Source of the DNA: Thecamonas trahens ATCC 50062
Lineage: Eukaryota > Protista > Apusomonadida
Direction: 5' to 3'
Assembly (NCBI RefSeq): GCF_000142905.1
Contig: NW_013657607.1
Span: 1 to 64,000 of the forward strand
DNA length: 64,000 nucleotides
Shown here: piece by piece, positions 22,035-35,112 of the stretch
Layout of the letters: the number at the start of each line of letters is the position of its first letter
How positions within the stretch are numbered: the stretch's first letter is position 1
Translations under genes and position numbers: made by a program
Notes under the pieces: model-generated
What the model saw: the letters and a program-made list of their open reading frames with translations, nothing else
The model's database searches: none
Told to the model about the DNA's origin: nothing

Positions 22035-22786
22035 NNNNNNNNNNNNNNNNNNNNNNNNNNNNNNNNNNNNNNNNNNNNNNNNNNNNNNNNNNNNNNNNNN
22101 NNNNNNNNNNNNNNNNNNNNNNNNNNNNNNNNNNNNNNNNNNNNNNNNNNNNNNNNNNNNNNNNNNNNNNNNNNNNNNNNNNNNNNNNNNNNNNNNNNNN
22201 NNNNNNNNNNNNNNNNNNNNNNNNNNNNNNNNNNNNNNNNNNNNNNNNNNNNNNNNNNNNNNNNNNNNNNNNNNNNNNNNNNNNNNNNNNNNNNNNNNNN
22301 NNNNNNNNNNNNNNNNNNNNNNNNNNNNNNNNNNNNNNNNNNNNNNNNNNNNNNNNNNNNNNNNNNNNNNNNNNNNNNNNNNNNNNNNNNNNNNNNNNNN
22401 NNNNNNNNNNNNNNNNNNNNNNNNNNNNNNNNNNNNNNNNNNNNNNNNNNNNNNNNNNNNNNNNNNNNNNNNNNNNNNNNNNNNNNNNNNNNNNNNNNNN
22501 NNNNNNNNNNNNNNNNNNNNNNNNNNNNNNNNNNNNNNNNNNNNNNNNNNNNNNNNNNNNNNNNNNNNNNNNNNNNNNNNNNNNNNNNNNNNNNNNNNNN
22601 NNNNNNNNNNNNNNNNNNNNNNNNNNNNNNNNNNNNNNNNNNNNNNNNNNNNNNNNNNNNNNNNNNNNNNNNNNNNNNNNNNNNNNNNNNNNNNNNNNNN
22701 NNNNNNNNNNNNNNNNNNNNNNNNNNNNNNNNNNNNNNNNNNNNNNNNNNNNNNNNNNNNNNNNNNNNNNNNNNNNNNNNNNNNNN
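22035..22786. other. Assembly gap (N run) covering the start of LRR paralog 3
   Basis: N run between the conserved upstream block and the first LRR. Confidence 0.99.
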
Positions 22787-25220
22787 CAACATCGACGCCA
22801 TGGCCATGGTGGTGGTGGAGATGTGCCCCAACCTCACATCCCTCGGCTTGAACGGCTGCTCCAACATCACCGATGCGGCAGTGGTCGCCCTCGCCGGTGG
22901 CTGCCCCAACCTCACAACCCTCAACTTGTACAACTGCTCCAACATCACCGATGCGGCAGTGGTCGCCCTCGCCGGTGGCTGCCCCAACCTCACATTCCTC
23001 GGCTTGGAAAACTGCTCCAACATCACCGATGCGGCAGTGGTCGCCCTCGCCGGTGGCTGCCCCAACCTCACAACCCTCAACTTGTCCTCCTGCTCCAACA
23101 TCACCGATGCGGCAGTGGTGGCGGTGGCCGACGGCTGCCCCAAGCTCACATCCCTCATCTTGCGGAGCTGCACCAAGCTCACCGATGCGGCAGTGGTGGC
23201 GGTGGCCGGTGGCTGCCCCAACCTCACAACCCTCTCCTTGTACAACTGCTCCAACATCACCGATGCGGCAGTGGTCGCCCTCGCCGGTGGCTGCCCCAAC
23301 CTCACAACCCTCAACTTGAACAACTGCTCCAAGGTTACCCTCGACTTGCGTCGCGCGCGCACTACCATCGCCCAACCAGACTTCCCTGCATCGCAGCACG
23401 CCCGTGCTCTGCTCGGCTTTGCTCAAGCCCATGTGCCCCATCCGGTGCATCTCATGGCCCGCTGTAACGCTCTCTCCGTGGACGCGCTCAACACGCTGCT
23501 TGCCAACGGCGCAGACCTCTACGATCTCGATGATGACAACAAGCACGTGTACGTGCACTCGCCCGCATCCTCTGCGCCGGTCTTTGTCGGCCTCATGATC
23601 GAGTCGCTGCGGGCCAACGCAGACGGCGCCACCAAGCTCGCCAACGGCATCAACAAGGCCACCGTCGCCCTCTTTGTCACCCTCCGCGCCTCACCGACCG
23701 TCCCGATCTCAGCCGACATCGTCTCCGAGCTCATCACCGCTGGTGCAGACGTCAACGCTGTTGAACCCACGTTCAATACGCCCGTCATTCATGTCGCGGC
23801 TGCCAACACGGAGCACGGTGCCCTCAAGGCTCTCCTCGAGGCAGTTGCCGCCCTCGACGTCGTCCTCGACCAGTCTGCCGTCGACGGAAACAGCGCCACT
23901 GTGCTCGACACCATTATCGCCGCGAACCAGCTGACAGCTGAGCGTATGGCCGAGTTGGGCGGAGTTGGTCTCGATCCCTTCATGCTGCAGCCGGACAACA
24001 CGCATGTGTACGTAGCTGCTCCCGTGGAGCGATCTGCAGCGTTCTCATCTGCGATGGTCGCCTGGATCCGCGAGCATGGCGATGGCGCCACCGAGCTCGC
24101 CAACGGCATCAACAAGGCCACCGTCGCCCTCTTTGTCGTCCTCCGCGCCTCACCGACCGTCCCGATCTCAGCCGACATCGTCTCCGAGCTCATCACCGCT
24201 GGTGCAGACGTCAACGCTGTTGAACCCACGTTCAATACGCCCGTCATTCATGTCGCGGCTGCCAACACGGAGCACGGTGCCCTCAAGGCTCTCCTCGAGG
24301 CAGTCGCCGCCCTGGATGTCGTCCTCGACCAGTCTGCCGTCGACGGAAACGGCGCCACTGTGCTCGACACCATTATCGCCGCGAACCAGCTGACAGCTGA
24401 GCGTATGGCCGAGTTGGGCGGAGTTGGTCTCGATCCCTTCACGCTGCAGCCGGACAACACGCATGTGTACGTAGCTGCTCCCGTGGAGCGATCTGCAGTG
24501 TTCTCATCTGCGATGGTCGCCTGGATCCGCGAGCATGGCGACGGCGCCACCGAGCTAACCAGCGGCATCAACAAGGCCACCCTCGCCCTCGTCATCGTTC
24601 TTCATGCCGCAGACACAATCCCGTTCTCCATCCCTGTCTTCGCCTTCCTCATCAACTCCGGCGCCGGCATCAATGCCCTCGAACCGTCCCTTGGACTGCG
24701 CCCGCTCCACGTCGCCGTCTCGCTCTCCAACATCCCGGCAACCATGGCGCTACTCGCCGCGGGTGCTGACCTGTGGGCTCTCGGTGCCAACGGCGAGACG
24801 GCATTTTCGATTGCCTCGGCTGTGCTCAACAAGCCTGGCAGCGACACCAACGCGGCTGCAAAAGAAGTCTACAACCTCATCGTTGGTACAAGCTCTATCC
24901 CGGAGCGTGTTGCTGACCACGTCCGTGAGACCATCGCTGCTGGTGGCGACATTGGCGGCGGTGCAGGCGCCTCTGCTGGGACCTCCACTCGCGTGGACAA
25001 ACTCGAGGCCAAGCTCGCCGACACCAAGGCCGAGCTCGCCGACACCAAGGCCGACTTCGCCGACACCAAGGCCGAGCTCGCCGACACCAAGGCCGAGCTC
25101 GCCGACGTCAGGGATCACGTCACCATCGCCACGGGCAACATCGCCGCCCTCCAGGCCGACCGCGCCAACATCCTCCAGCACGTCGACAAGGCCATCGCCA
25201 TCTTCCAAGCACGCCGCTAG
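22787..25220 (+). CDS. LRR + duplicated ankyrin-like module + coiled-coil protein, paralog 3 (5' end in gap)
   Basis: 7 LRRs of the same 26-aa type, two extra 153-aa modules, LGLRPLHVAVSLSNI, LADTKAE heptads, ends IAIFQARR. Confidence 0.9.
23622..24539 (+). repeat. 459-bp in-frame tandem duplication (2 copies)
   Basis: Units start at 23622 and 24081, and the junction motif recurs at 24540; only a few substitutions separate the copies. Confidence 0.95.
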
Positions 25221-26029
25221 TCCTACGGCTCAAATCTCTCCTCGTGGTGTACCGCAGCGCCCACACCGCCGCCGGGACATCGTCTGCGGGCGACGCAATG
25301 CCGCAGTAAAACACGCCCAGCAGCGTGGAGGCTTTGTGATGTGCCGCAGCGTTAGCCGAGCGTGTAGGGAAACTGCGGGAGCCGACGGCAACACGCCCGA
25401 GACAATGATCCGGATCTCGTGAATAAGCCGATGCGGCGACGATTCGGCAAGCACCTCTGGCCGCCTCTGGTAGTCGTTGAGCGAGCGGGTGGCCCACCAT
25501 AACGAGATTGCCTGCACGCGCGCCTGCGCTCCGTGCGGAGCGCTGTGGATGCGGTCTGGGGCAATCGACGCGTACGGCATGACGCCGATGCCTGACGCGA
25601 TGAAAGGCCCGTGCAAGATGGTGACCACGTTGCGCGCGTTGGCATACATCGGCCACCGCCTCCATCACCACCGCCCGCAGCGTCAAAGACGGCCGATGCG
25701 AGCCAGACGGAATGGATGGCGGTGAAGCGGGCGCCGGCGAGTACGGAGGATGAGGCTGACGAGCGGGCCGGGTGCAACGAGATCAACGTTGGCCGCACAT
25801 GGTCGAGGTCACGGAACGGATAAAGATCAAGACCAGCAAGTGCAGCGCAGAGAGCAACAAGAAGGGAAGCAACTCTTGCGCCAGTCTGATCCCCATCCCC
25901 ATCCCCATCGAGCATCCGACATGGACCATCCAAGCCGACGGGACCCTTCAGCGAAGCGCCAACTCACTCTGACTCGCTCGTCCCCTCCTTCCACAGAGGG
26001 AACAGACAGTGTGCGGAAGGTCGTTCAAC

Positions 26030-26230
26030 ATGGATGATACAGTGGCGGTGGACGGATGTACCACCGAGACCGAGATCGATGATGAGCTCGAGTCGGTCAA
26101 TGCCGAGTTGGTGACCGAGGTGGTGCCAGTGGCCACGGACAGACTGCTGATGCAGGTCAGCGATCGATGTGCCCATATCAAAACTATGTACCTGAATGAC
26201 TGCCCGGCCACTACAGACGCGGGCGCTATG
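26030..26230 (+). pseudogene. Truncated N-terminus of an LRR protein related to 26322..27359
   Basis: MDDTVAVDGCTT...DRLLMQVSDRCAHIKTMYLNDCPATTDAG parallels [14 protein letters not shown]...[29 protein letters not shown]. Confidence 0.55.
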
Positions 26231-26321
26231 TCATCACAACTCTTCGCTCTGCTTGCGATCTTCCGCAAGCCGCCAAAGACGCCCTTCAGGCCGCCATTCT
26301 CTGCCCTCCACGTCGTTGATC

Positions 26322-27359
26322 CTACGCGCTGCCTGCAGTGGCCATGCCCGCCGCCATGGCCGTGCAGTGGCCCTCGACTGCTGTCTTCATCGCCGATGAG
26401 ATCTTTGTCGCATCAAGCGAGACTCTCGTCAGCCGAGCAAGATCGAAGAGCGCAGCGGCGCCGGTGTCGGTCACCAGCGTGCAGCCCCACAGATCAAGCA
26501 CCTCTAGCTGGGTGCAGCCGCCGGCGATGGCCTCGATGCCGGCGTCGGTGACGGCGGTGCAGTTGTGGAGGAGGAGCTGTTCGAGCTGCGGAGAGCCAGC
26601 AGCAAGCGCGGCCAGTGCATCGTCGGTGGCCTGCGACCTGCAGTCGGTCAGATCGAGCTCGACAAGGTCGGTCAAGCCGACGAGGCCCGCAATGCCTGCG
26701 GGTGTCAGCCGGGTGCAGCGGTCAAGGCAGAGCCGCGTGAGCCGCGGACAGCCTGCGACAATGGCAAGGAGGCCCACATCGGTAAAGAAAGCGCACCACT
26801 GCAACATCAGCGACGTGAGCTGCGGACAGCCGGCAGCGATGGCAATGAGGCCGTCGTCATAGACCTGAGCGATGCGAGAGAGCGAGAGGACTTTGAGCTG
26901 GGCGCCTGCAGCTGCGATGGCCTCGACGCCCCTGCTAGACACATCCTCGCAGCCTGTAAGGACCAGTCTCTCCAGCTGCCATCCAGCCACCATCATCTCC
27001 ACCGCGTCGTCCTTGATGAGAGTGCAGCAAGTGACGTCGATGTCGACAACAAGCGGACAGCCGGCGATGAGCGCAGCCAGCGTGTCAGCCGAGGGCAAGC
27101 CCGAGTTGCACAGATCAAGCCGCTTGAGCGAGGGGCAGCAGCGAGCGATGGCATAGAGTGATGCATTTGTGAGGGCAGAGCAGTTGGCCAAGATTATGTC
27201 TGTGATGCCCGAGCACATGCTCACCACGTGGATGAGCACTTCATCAACAGCCCCGCCAATCACCACCCGCACCTCCTCCGCGCCCACTTTGGCCACCCAA
27301 TCTCCAGCCTCAGCAGCAGTCATGCACCCCTCCAGCTTGACTGTCCTCACATCGTCCAT
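26322..27359 (-). CDS. FBXL/AMN1-like cysteine-containing LRR protein (no clear F-box)
   Basis: About 10 diverged repeats of CPxLxxLxLxxCxxxTDxGxxAIA. Likely start MDDVRTV at 27359. Confidence 0.85.
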   Translation of the reverse strand: MDDVRTVKLEGCMTAAEAGDWVAKVGAEEVRVVIGGAVDEVLIHVVSMCSGITDIILANCSALTNASLYAIARCCPSLKRLDLCNSGLPSADTLAALIAGCPLVVDIDVTCCTLIKDDAVEMMVAGWQLERLVLTGCEDVSSRGVEAIAAAGAQLKVLSLSRIAQVYDDGLIAIAAGCPQLTSLMLQWCAFFTDVGLLAIVAGCPRLTRLCLDRCTRLTPAGIAGLVGLTDLVELDLTDCRSQATDDALAALAAGSPQLEQLLLHNCTAVTDAGIEAIAGGCTQLEVLDLWGCTLVTDTGAAALFDLARLTRVSLDATKISSAMKTAVEGHCTAMAAGMATAGSA

Positions 27360-27371
27360 CGTCTCGGCCGT

Positions 27372-27510
27372 CGCCTTGCTCGCCTTGCTCGCCTTGCTCG
27401 TCCTGCTCGTCCTGCTCGTCCTGCTCGCCTTGCTCGCCCTGCTCGTCCTGCTCGCCCTGCTCGTCCTGCTCGTCCTGCTCGCCCTGCTCGTCCTGCTCGC
27501 CCTGCTCGTC
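27372..27510. repeat. 9-bp tandem repeat (cctgctcgt / ccttgctcg)
   Basis: About 15 units immediately upstream of the likely ATG. Confidence 0.95.
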
Positions 27511-28433
27511 TGGTCACTCCCTTGCTCTGTCGCCTTGGTCGCTCTGTCGCCTCGGAGCTGTCCTGACTGCAGTTGAGTGTGTCCGTTGAGCACAGGCAAT
27601 GCGCAGTGACCGGTGGTCATACAGGCCATGAGCCAACAATCTCAGGGACATCATCAGGGGGGGGGGGGGGGGGGCATTCAGAGGGGTATCATCTAGGCCT
27701 CGGCTAACAGCATGAGGCAAACATGAAGATCGACGACCATGATGATGAGCGCCACAGCGCCGGCGACAATGAGTGGCGTCTCACACAAGGCCTACAACCT
27801 ACAACATCCATCGCCATGGTCATGGTCACCATCATCGCCACACCCTCCACACACGCACACACGCACACGCACGCACACGCACAATCATATCCCATCAATC
27901 ATTGCAAGCTGCGGGCCAGCAAGTGCGGGAAATCCACCATCCACGACACGATGACGTCCCCCTCAACTACCTGTCAGCGCACCCATTCCGACCACCTCGC
28001 ACTCACCACACCACCACACACCCTCATACCCATACATACTTACACTCATAGCACTTCTTCACGGCAACCGGTCATGCCTACGTCTGCCTGTGTCATACCT
28101 GATACTATCTGGTGCAACAGGTTGCCTGGGTGCCAATTAACAAAATTGTCCGCATCGACCTCCGCGTTGACAAGTCAACGTCCACACTATCCGCCGCACT
28201 TTCTCACCCGCATACTCTTCTCCCTCCTCCTCCCCCCCCCCCCCCCCCACACACACACAGCTATACATACATACAGTCTATCTCTCTATCTCTATATATC
28301 TTCCGCACACATGCACCATGGCCGTCCATCCATCTCCATCCCTACCCCCTCCGCATGAATCTCTCCAGCAAAGTACGTACACATGCTGCCCCTCACTCAT
28401 ATTCTTCGCCAGTGTTGACCATTTCTCGACCCA

Positions 28434-31400
28434 TTGCCTGAACTGGCTCGGCCAGGAGTCCTCTCCCCTTACATACACACCGCTCACAATGACCTCATAC
28501 ACATAGATCTGCTCTCCTCCTCGTCGTCGTCTACCTCTTTGCACGATTCAGCCGTCTCGTCGTTGGTATCTCTGTCGAAAAAATCGGACGACTCGTCATC
28601 GTCGTCATCCATTTCAATCCCGTCGCTTGAACCTGCTCCGCAACCGGCAAGCCTCACGCAAGCTCTCGCCCCGCTGCAGGCTTCGCCACAATCATCAACA
28701 GCGCCATCATCGCTAGGAGGCTCACGAACACTCCCGCCGCCATCGCCAACCACCCATCTCATCAATCAGCTGCAGAGTGATAACATCCCGGCGCCCATGA
28801 ATAGGTCCACCGCCAGGCCGCCGGCTGTCTCCAGTGCGCCCAAGACCTCGTCAGGCTTGCGTCGCGGCCTTGTCGGCCTCGCCCTGCTCATCGTTGACGC
28901 TCCGCCGCAGAAATCTTTCCTCGGAAAGGCTTGGCGCGTTGGCGGGGCCCTCGCGCTCATCGCACTTGACCTGGGCCTCCTGCTCTTTGTCGCGGTCATC
29001 GCACCGCATGACACCCCGCTTGCCGTCCCGCCACTCGTCCGCGGCATCGCCATCGTCATCTTCGCCCTCATCATCATCGCCACCATTGCATGCATCCTTC
29101 GTCTCGCCGTAGGTGCCCCTCCGCCGCACACTACCGCCATCGTCGCCTGCGCGGCTGCTCTTGTCAGGCTCATCTACACCGTCGGCTACCTCCCGCTCGC
29201 CGTCCTCCTCGCCCGCCCGCTCCTCCTCCCGCTGCTGGCCATTCATCTCGCTCTCGGCTTGCTACTTGTGAGCCATACCAATGTTCATGCCATCGATCCG
29301 GTCGGTGGTCCATCGCTCGCCCGCGCCTGGTCTGGCGTTCCAGACCTCATTGTCCGTGGCGCCGCCACCGTCATCGTCGCCACAGCCGCCATCTCGACCC
29401 ACTCTGTCGCCATCAGCATCACTACCGCGCTGGCCGCCTCTGTTGCCGCCGCCTCCGTTGCGTACCTTCGCCCGCATCGCATCCATCTCATCAACCGCCT
29501 CCGATGCGGCAGTCTCCTCGCTCTCGCCTGCTACGCCACCGCCACCGCCGCCCTCGGGCCGAGCCACGGCCTCGTCCACCTCATCCTGGCCATCCTCGCC
29601 CTCATCGCCGGCATGGCGCTCCCATCGCACCCGCCGCTCACCCCGCTGCCCGTCCTTGCCTCGAAGCTCGCTTTCGCTCACTTCTCGTCCTTGACCTCGG
29701 CCCGGCCGTCGTCGACGACCTCCATCTCGAGACGGTGCTGACAGCCAAGCTCTCGCGCGCGCGCTACGCAGTGTACATCAGCCTCCATCGCCGCGCCTAC
29801 GACGAGGCTGCTGAGCTCTTCAACGATCTGGCTCCCGAGCTGACTGATTCGCAAGCTGATGCCGCCCTCGTTGCTCTCGAGCAGCAGTGGCGCCATCGGC
29901 TCGGCACCGTCTCGCTCCACGCCTCGCTCGACCTCCAGCTCGCCCTGGGAGCAGCGCGGAACGGCGTGCCGGCGGTGATCACTCTCCTCACCAAGGACAA
30001 GCACGCACCGGACGCATCGGCCATCCCACGGATGATCTACCACATGCGGGCGCAGCTGCGGGCAGAGGAAGACGTTGTTGTTGCCTCGGCCTGTACCGCC
30101 GCTCTCGCCGCCAGCTGTGCCTCCTCGCGCTGCACCGCCTTCCCACACATCATCCAGCGCCTGCTCTGGTCGCTCTACGGTGGCGAGCGGGCGGCGGCAT
30201 ACGGATCGCACGCCGCAGGCATCGTCTCGGCCTTTCACGCACAAGCCGCTCACCTTGATCTTTCGCCGTCCACTCTCTCTGTCCTCACCGACGTCATCCG
30301 TGGGCCGACCGTCCTCTCGCCGGCGTCATCGCTCCTCGCCGCCGCCCTCACCATCGCTCCGCCGTGGAAGGAATCGGGCGGCTCGGACGATGGTCGCGTC
30401 CTTAGCCGACGCAGCAGCCATCTCAGCATTGTCAATCCTACGGGGCTCATCGAGCACGCCCGCCAGCTCGCTCACGGCGACGATGTGGCCACTCTCGTCG
30501 CCCGCGCCCTCGGCCAGTGGATCGACGCCATGGCGGCCGAGGACAAGCTGCTTGCCATGGTCGTCACCGGCTACGCCCGCATCGACCCAGCCTCGCACGC
30601 CATCCTCCGCCACCTCCTCGCCGCAAAGCCTGATCGCCTCCTCATCCTCACACAGATGGACCGCTCTTCCCGATCCGTCGCCCTCAATCCCTTCATCCGC
30701 CCCTGGGTCGTCAACGGTGCCGGCGGCGTCGTCTTTGATCCGTCCGTCCCGGGCGCCGATCGCCTCGCCAACCTCTACACCGTCCGCCTCTCCACCCGCG
30801 CCCACCAAGCTCGGCGGCTCAAGAGTCTCTATTGCACTCGGTCGGCTCGTTGCCCTCGGTTGTCTCCATCGGCGGCCAGGGATCGGTGGCCTCTGCTACC
30901 AGCGCCATCTCGGCCCGCGAGACAAGCTCGCCGCTGGCGCTGACCAACCTCGCCGGTCTCAGTAGCATCCCGCTCTCGGCCACCGTGAGCAACGATGCTC
31001 TCGTCATCTGTCCGCTATGCACCCATGTTGCCCTCGATCGCGCGTGGAGCGCAGACATGGAGCACTTTGCCTCCTCCATCTCCTCCTCTCTCTCGGCTGT
31101 GGCCGTCGACAGCAATCACCGCATGCGGCCGCACGCCAGCGGCGCAGCCGAGCTGTACGCCTCGGCTCTGGAGGCATCATACCAGCGCAAGCCATCGGAG
31201 CAGCTGAGCAGCATCTTTGTCTTCTCTGATGAAGATGATGAGGACGACAAGGACTCGGTTGTTGTTGTCCGTCACCGCGACGGCTGTCACAGTCACCTCG
31301 ACGGTGATGACCTCCTCGACGGCAAGTTGGAGGCCGCTGCCGCTGCCGCTGCCGCTACCGGCAGCAACTCCGGTCGTATCCAACAACGCGGATATGACGA

Positions 31401-34113
31401 CCAGGACGATGGTGACGAGCTGGGTAAGGCGGTTGGCGAGGACGCTGGCTACGGGTTCCTCCATCTCAGCCACGATCGCCGCAGCGCAGGCGGCCTTCTC
31501 CATCCCACGTCGTCGTCGACAATCCGGCGAGCGGCCCGGCTGAGCAACAGCTCGGACAGCATGGGCACCGGCGATGCGCCGTTGCTGCGACGGACGCTGC
31601 GACTCACCAATGACTCGGGCAGCGTTGCCCCGAGCTTGTCATCGCCACGGATGATCAAACGCCCGTCGCTGCAGCGGCTCCCACCGCGATCACCCACGCA
31701 GCGCACGCCGACTGTGTCGTTTCGCCGCAAGACAGCGACGGCATCAGACGAGGCAATAGCAGGCACATCGCGCGGATCGCGCAGAGCACGGTCGTCCACA
31801 AACATCGCCTCGGTCACGGTTGCCTCGACTCCCACCGTCGTGACCTCGACCATGTCGGCGACAGCCACGGCCACAACCTCGGCCACCGACGATCAACCCG
31901 AGGACGGGCGTGGTGACGAGGACGAGGACGAGGACGAGGACGAGCAAAGGCATGTCATCAAGCGGCTGGCCATCACCGATGCCGACGAGAATGCGGACAC
32001 CCACACGCCGAGCAAGACAGAAGCAGAAGCAGCAGCCACAGACGCCGCCGCAGCCGCAGCCGCAGGCGTCCCCTCGATCTTCACCTCGACGACGGTGTTG
32101 GCGGCGGTGACCGATGCGCGGGCGCAACACAGTCCCAAAGCACACTGCGCGCTGCGGGTCACGGCGTTGGTCCATCAGCGGCTGGCGCGCAGCAAGGCGG
32201 CCGGTGGAACCATGACCTTTGTTCGCATGCTCGCCATCATGGGCACCGAGGCCGAGCTCGAGCTGGTGACGGCGATCCACGCCGCCATCGCCGCCTTCGA
32301 CCTCGAGCCCTTTGCCGTCCCGCTCCTCCGCACCGTGACCACCAGCGAGCTGGTCGACGCCGCCGTCGCCGCAGGCGTCCTCATCGTTCGCCGCAACTCG
32401 CCCCGTGGCCCTCTCCTCCTCGCCTTTGTCCACCCCATCGAGTGGATCTCCGTCCGCGCCACCATCGACACCGCCCACGCGGAGTTTGTCGCCTATCACC
32501 TCGGCCGGGTCATGGCCGCTTCGCCCAACCCGCGCCACGCCGCGCCGAGCGCGTACCTCGGCTACGCGCGACTCGCCTGGGACATCGAGCTTGTTCTCGA
32601 CGCGCTAGCTACCCTCACGACCGAGCCAACAACCCGATCGGTGGCCCATGCCGCAGAGCGGCTGAGATTGCTTGCCCGTGTCCGCGGCTTGGGCGCCACG
32701 CCCATCCTTACCCACGCACTCGTCACCTCCATCACCGAGTCCGAGAGCCCCGGGCGGTACAACGGCGGGACGCCTACGTTTGCCGAAGCCTTCATCTCCC
32801 CGACTCCGAGGTATCGCGCCTCGGATACGGTTGCTGCTTCCGCTCTTGCTGCCTACATCGACGCCATTGTCGACGATGTCCGCATCGGCCGCGCCACCGC
32901 CGCCCTCCTCGCCGAGGCCGTCGAGGCGCTGGAGCTTCTCGCCACCCTCCCAGTGCCTCCGGCCCTGCTGACGACGTACAGGGCCAAGGTGGCCCTCGCC
33001 AATCACAACCTGCATGACGCGCATCACCATCTCGCCGCTGTTGCCGTCATGGCTAGCTCCGATCGGGTCGATGCCGAGTTCCACGCCGCCGCGAGCCGTC
33101 TGCTCCTCGCCCTCGGTAACCCGGGCCGCGCCGTCGCATGGGCCATCGCAAGCCCGACAAGACCTTCAACCGAGCTGCAGTGCTTGGCCGCCGAGGCAGC
33201 GCTGGCTAATGGAGATGCAATGAGCGCAAGCGGACTGGTCAGCTCCATGGCGCCCGATGCGTGGCTCGACCTCGTGCCGCGCCTGCTGCTGATCGACGGC
33301 GACGTGGCGGCGGCCGGCGGCCGACGGAGCAAGGCGCGGGAGCGGTACAAGGCCGTGGAGCTGATGGATGTGACGCCGGCATCATCTGAGGCCGCGCGTG
33401 TCCGGCTCGCCCTTCTCTCCCTCATTGTCAACGATCGCGAGACATACTGGGACGCGCGCGCGGCGCTGATGGGCCACCTCGGTCGGCCCGCCGCGCTTGC
33501 CTGGGCGGCGCTGGTGGAGCTGGTGGCGGAGCTGGCGGACCTGCCGCGGCACCGATCGCCAGCCGAGGTCATATCCAGTGCCCAGCCGCCAATCGCGGCT
33601 GTCATTGCGGGCTTTGGTTCGCCTGCCGCTACCGCTGCTGCTGCCATCTCGCTCCGCAGGCTCGTTGAGGGCATGGTCGACGTGGTGCCGAGCGCTGCAG
33701 GCAGGGCCATTCGCCGCGGTGCGGTGCTGATGGCGGCAGAGTTGGTGGAGCTGGTCGGCCGACAGCACTTGCTCCCGGGCATCGACGTCAATCTCTACGC
33801 CACGCCCGGGCAGATCCCTGCCGCCGCTCCGCTCGACGCGCCTGTGTCGCTCGAGCCGGAGACGCTCTGGTGGGGACTCGACGACGCCCTGCACGTCGTC
33901 GCCCGCATGCACAGCAACCGCGTCCGCCGATGGCCCTCGCGCCGCGCGCTCATAACCTGGCTCGAAGCCTCCATGCTGGAGGAGGAGATCCCCATCGCCA
34001 TTGACTACATGCTCGCCGCAGGTATCCTCCGCCGCTCCCAGTCGGCCGCCGTCGCATCGGCCTGCCCCTGCGTCTCCTCGCGCGCCGAGTTCGCGTGGCT
34101 TCTCACCATCTGA
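28434..34113 (+). CDS. Multi-TM protein with degenerate STAND/AAA-like NTPase region, winged-helix, TPR-like helices and possible C-terminal DEP domain (2 frameshifts)
   Basis: About 8 hydrophobic helices (ORF 28434); LLAMVVTGYARIDPASHAILRHLL (Walker B region-like); LVHQRLAR...MLAIMG...AVAAGVL...AFVHPIE (STAND HD1/winged-helix-like); RRALITWLEASM...IDYMLAAGIL (DEP-like). Frame changes near 29670 and 30825. First ATG at 28797. Confidence 0.55.
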
Positions 34114-34745
34114 ACACTCCGTAGAAGCTCTCTGATTGGACACATAACACGCATACGTCATCAGATCAAGCTGATGATGATGATCGGTGGGGTGGAGAGG
34201 GGCCGAGGGTCTATTTTCCAGCTGTTGCTGCTTGCATGCAACACAAAAAACGCTCAGTGCTTGATCGCTGATTTTTTGTTTGTTTGGCTCGGCGTGGAGC
34301 AAGCAGCTGGCGGCCATGGCGGCGGCAAAGGCAAAGACGGTTGTGTAGCGCCGGGATAAAGCTGCAGAGCAGTGTGCGATGTGGTAATTGTGGTGTCGAG
34401 CACTGAGATCACCTCCTCGATGACGATGACGGGCACCATCATCGCCACCTTGCTGACGACGATCATGGTGTCGTCCGTCGACACGCCAACCATGATGATC
34501 GCCGTTGTGATGCTGGCCCTTCCGTCCATGCCCACTGTCACCGTCACTCCTGCCTCTCCCTTCCTCTTTCGTCTCTCCCGTCTCTCTCCAGTCGATCTCG
34601 TGGCGGCGTCGGCAGCCGACATCATCAGCGTCACTGGCGCGTCGCCCTCCATCCCGGCCGACTGCCCCGTCTCCCACATCGCATGCCAGATCACTGCTGC
34701 AGGGCTCAACGACGACCTGCATACCACCGATCCCGTCGCCCGACA

Positions 34746-35048
34746 CACCAGGCGGAGATCGGCGTCCATGATGGCCATGCCCGTCGGCCCCAGCACGCCC
34801 GTGTGGTCCACCAGGCGGAGATCGGCGTCCATGATGGCCATGCCCGTCGGCCCCAGCACGCCCGTGTGGTCCACCAGGCGGAGATCGGCGCCCATGATGG
34901 CCATGCCCGTCGGCCCCAGCACGCCCGTGTGGTCCACCAGGCGGAGATCGGCGCCCATGATGGCCATGCCCGTCGGCCCAGCACGCCCGTGCGGTCCACC
35001 AGGCGGAGATCGGCGCCCATGATGGCCATGCCCGTCGGCCCCAGCATG
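34746..35048. repeat. 63-bp tandem repeat, about 4.8 copies
   Basis: caccaggcggagatcggcgYccatgatggccatgcccgtcggccccagcacgcccgtgtggtc; the fourth copy lacks one C. Confidence 0.95.
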
Positions 35049-35112
35049 CCCCTCCACATCGGCCAGCCAGTTTCTTTTTTTCTGCCACCCATTTATTCCA
35101 TTGGCTCCCTCA

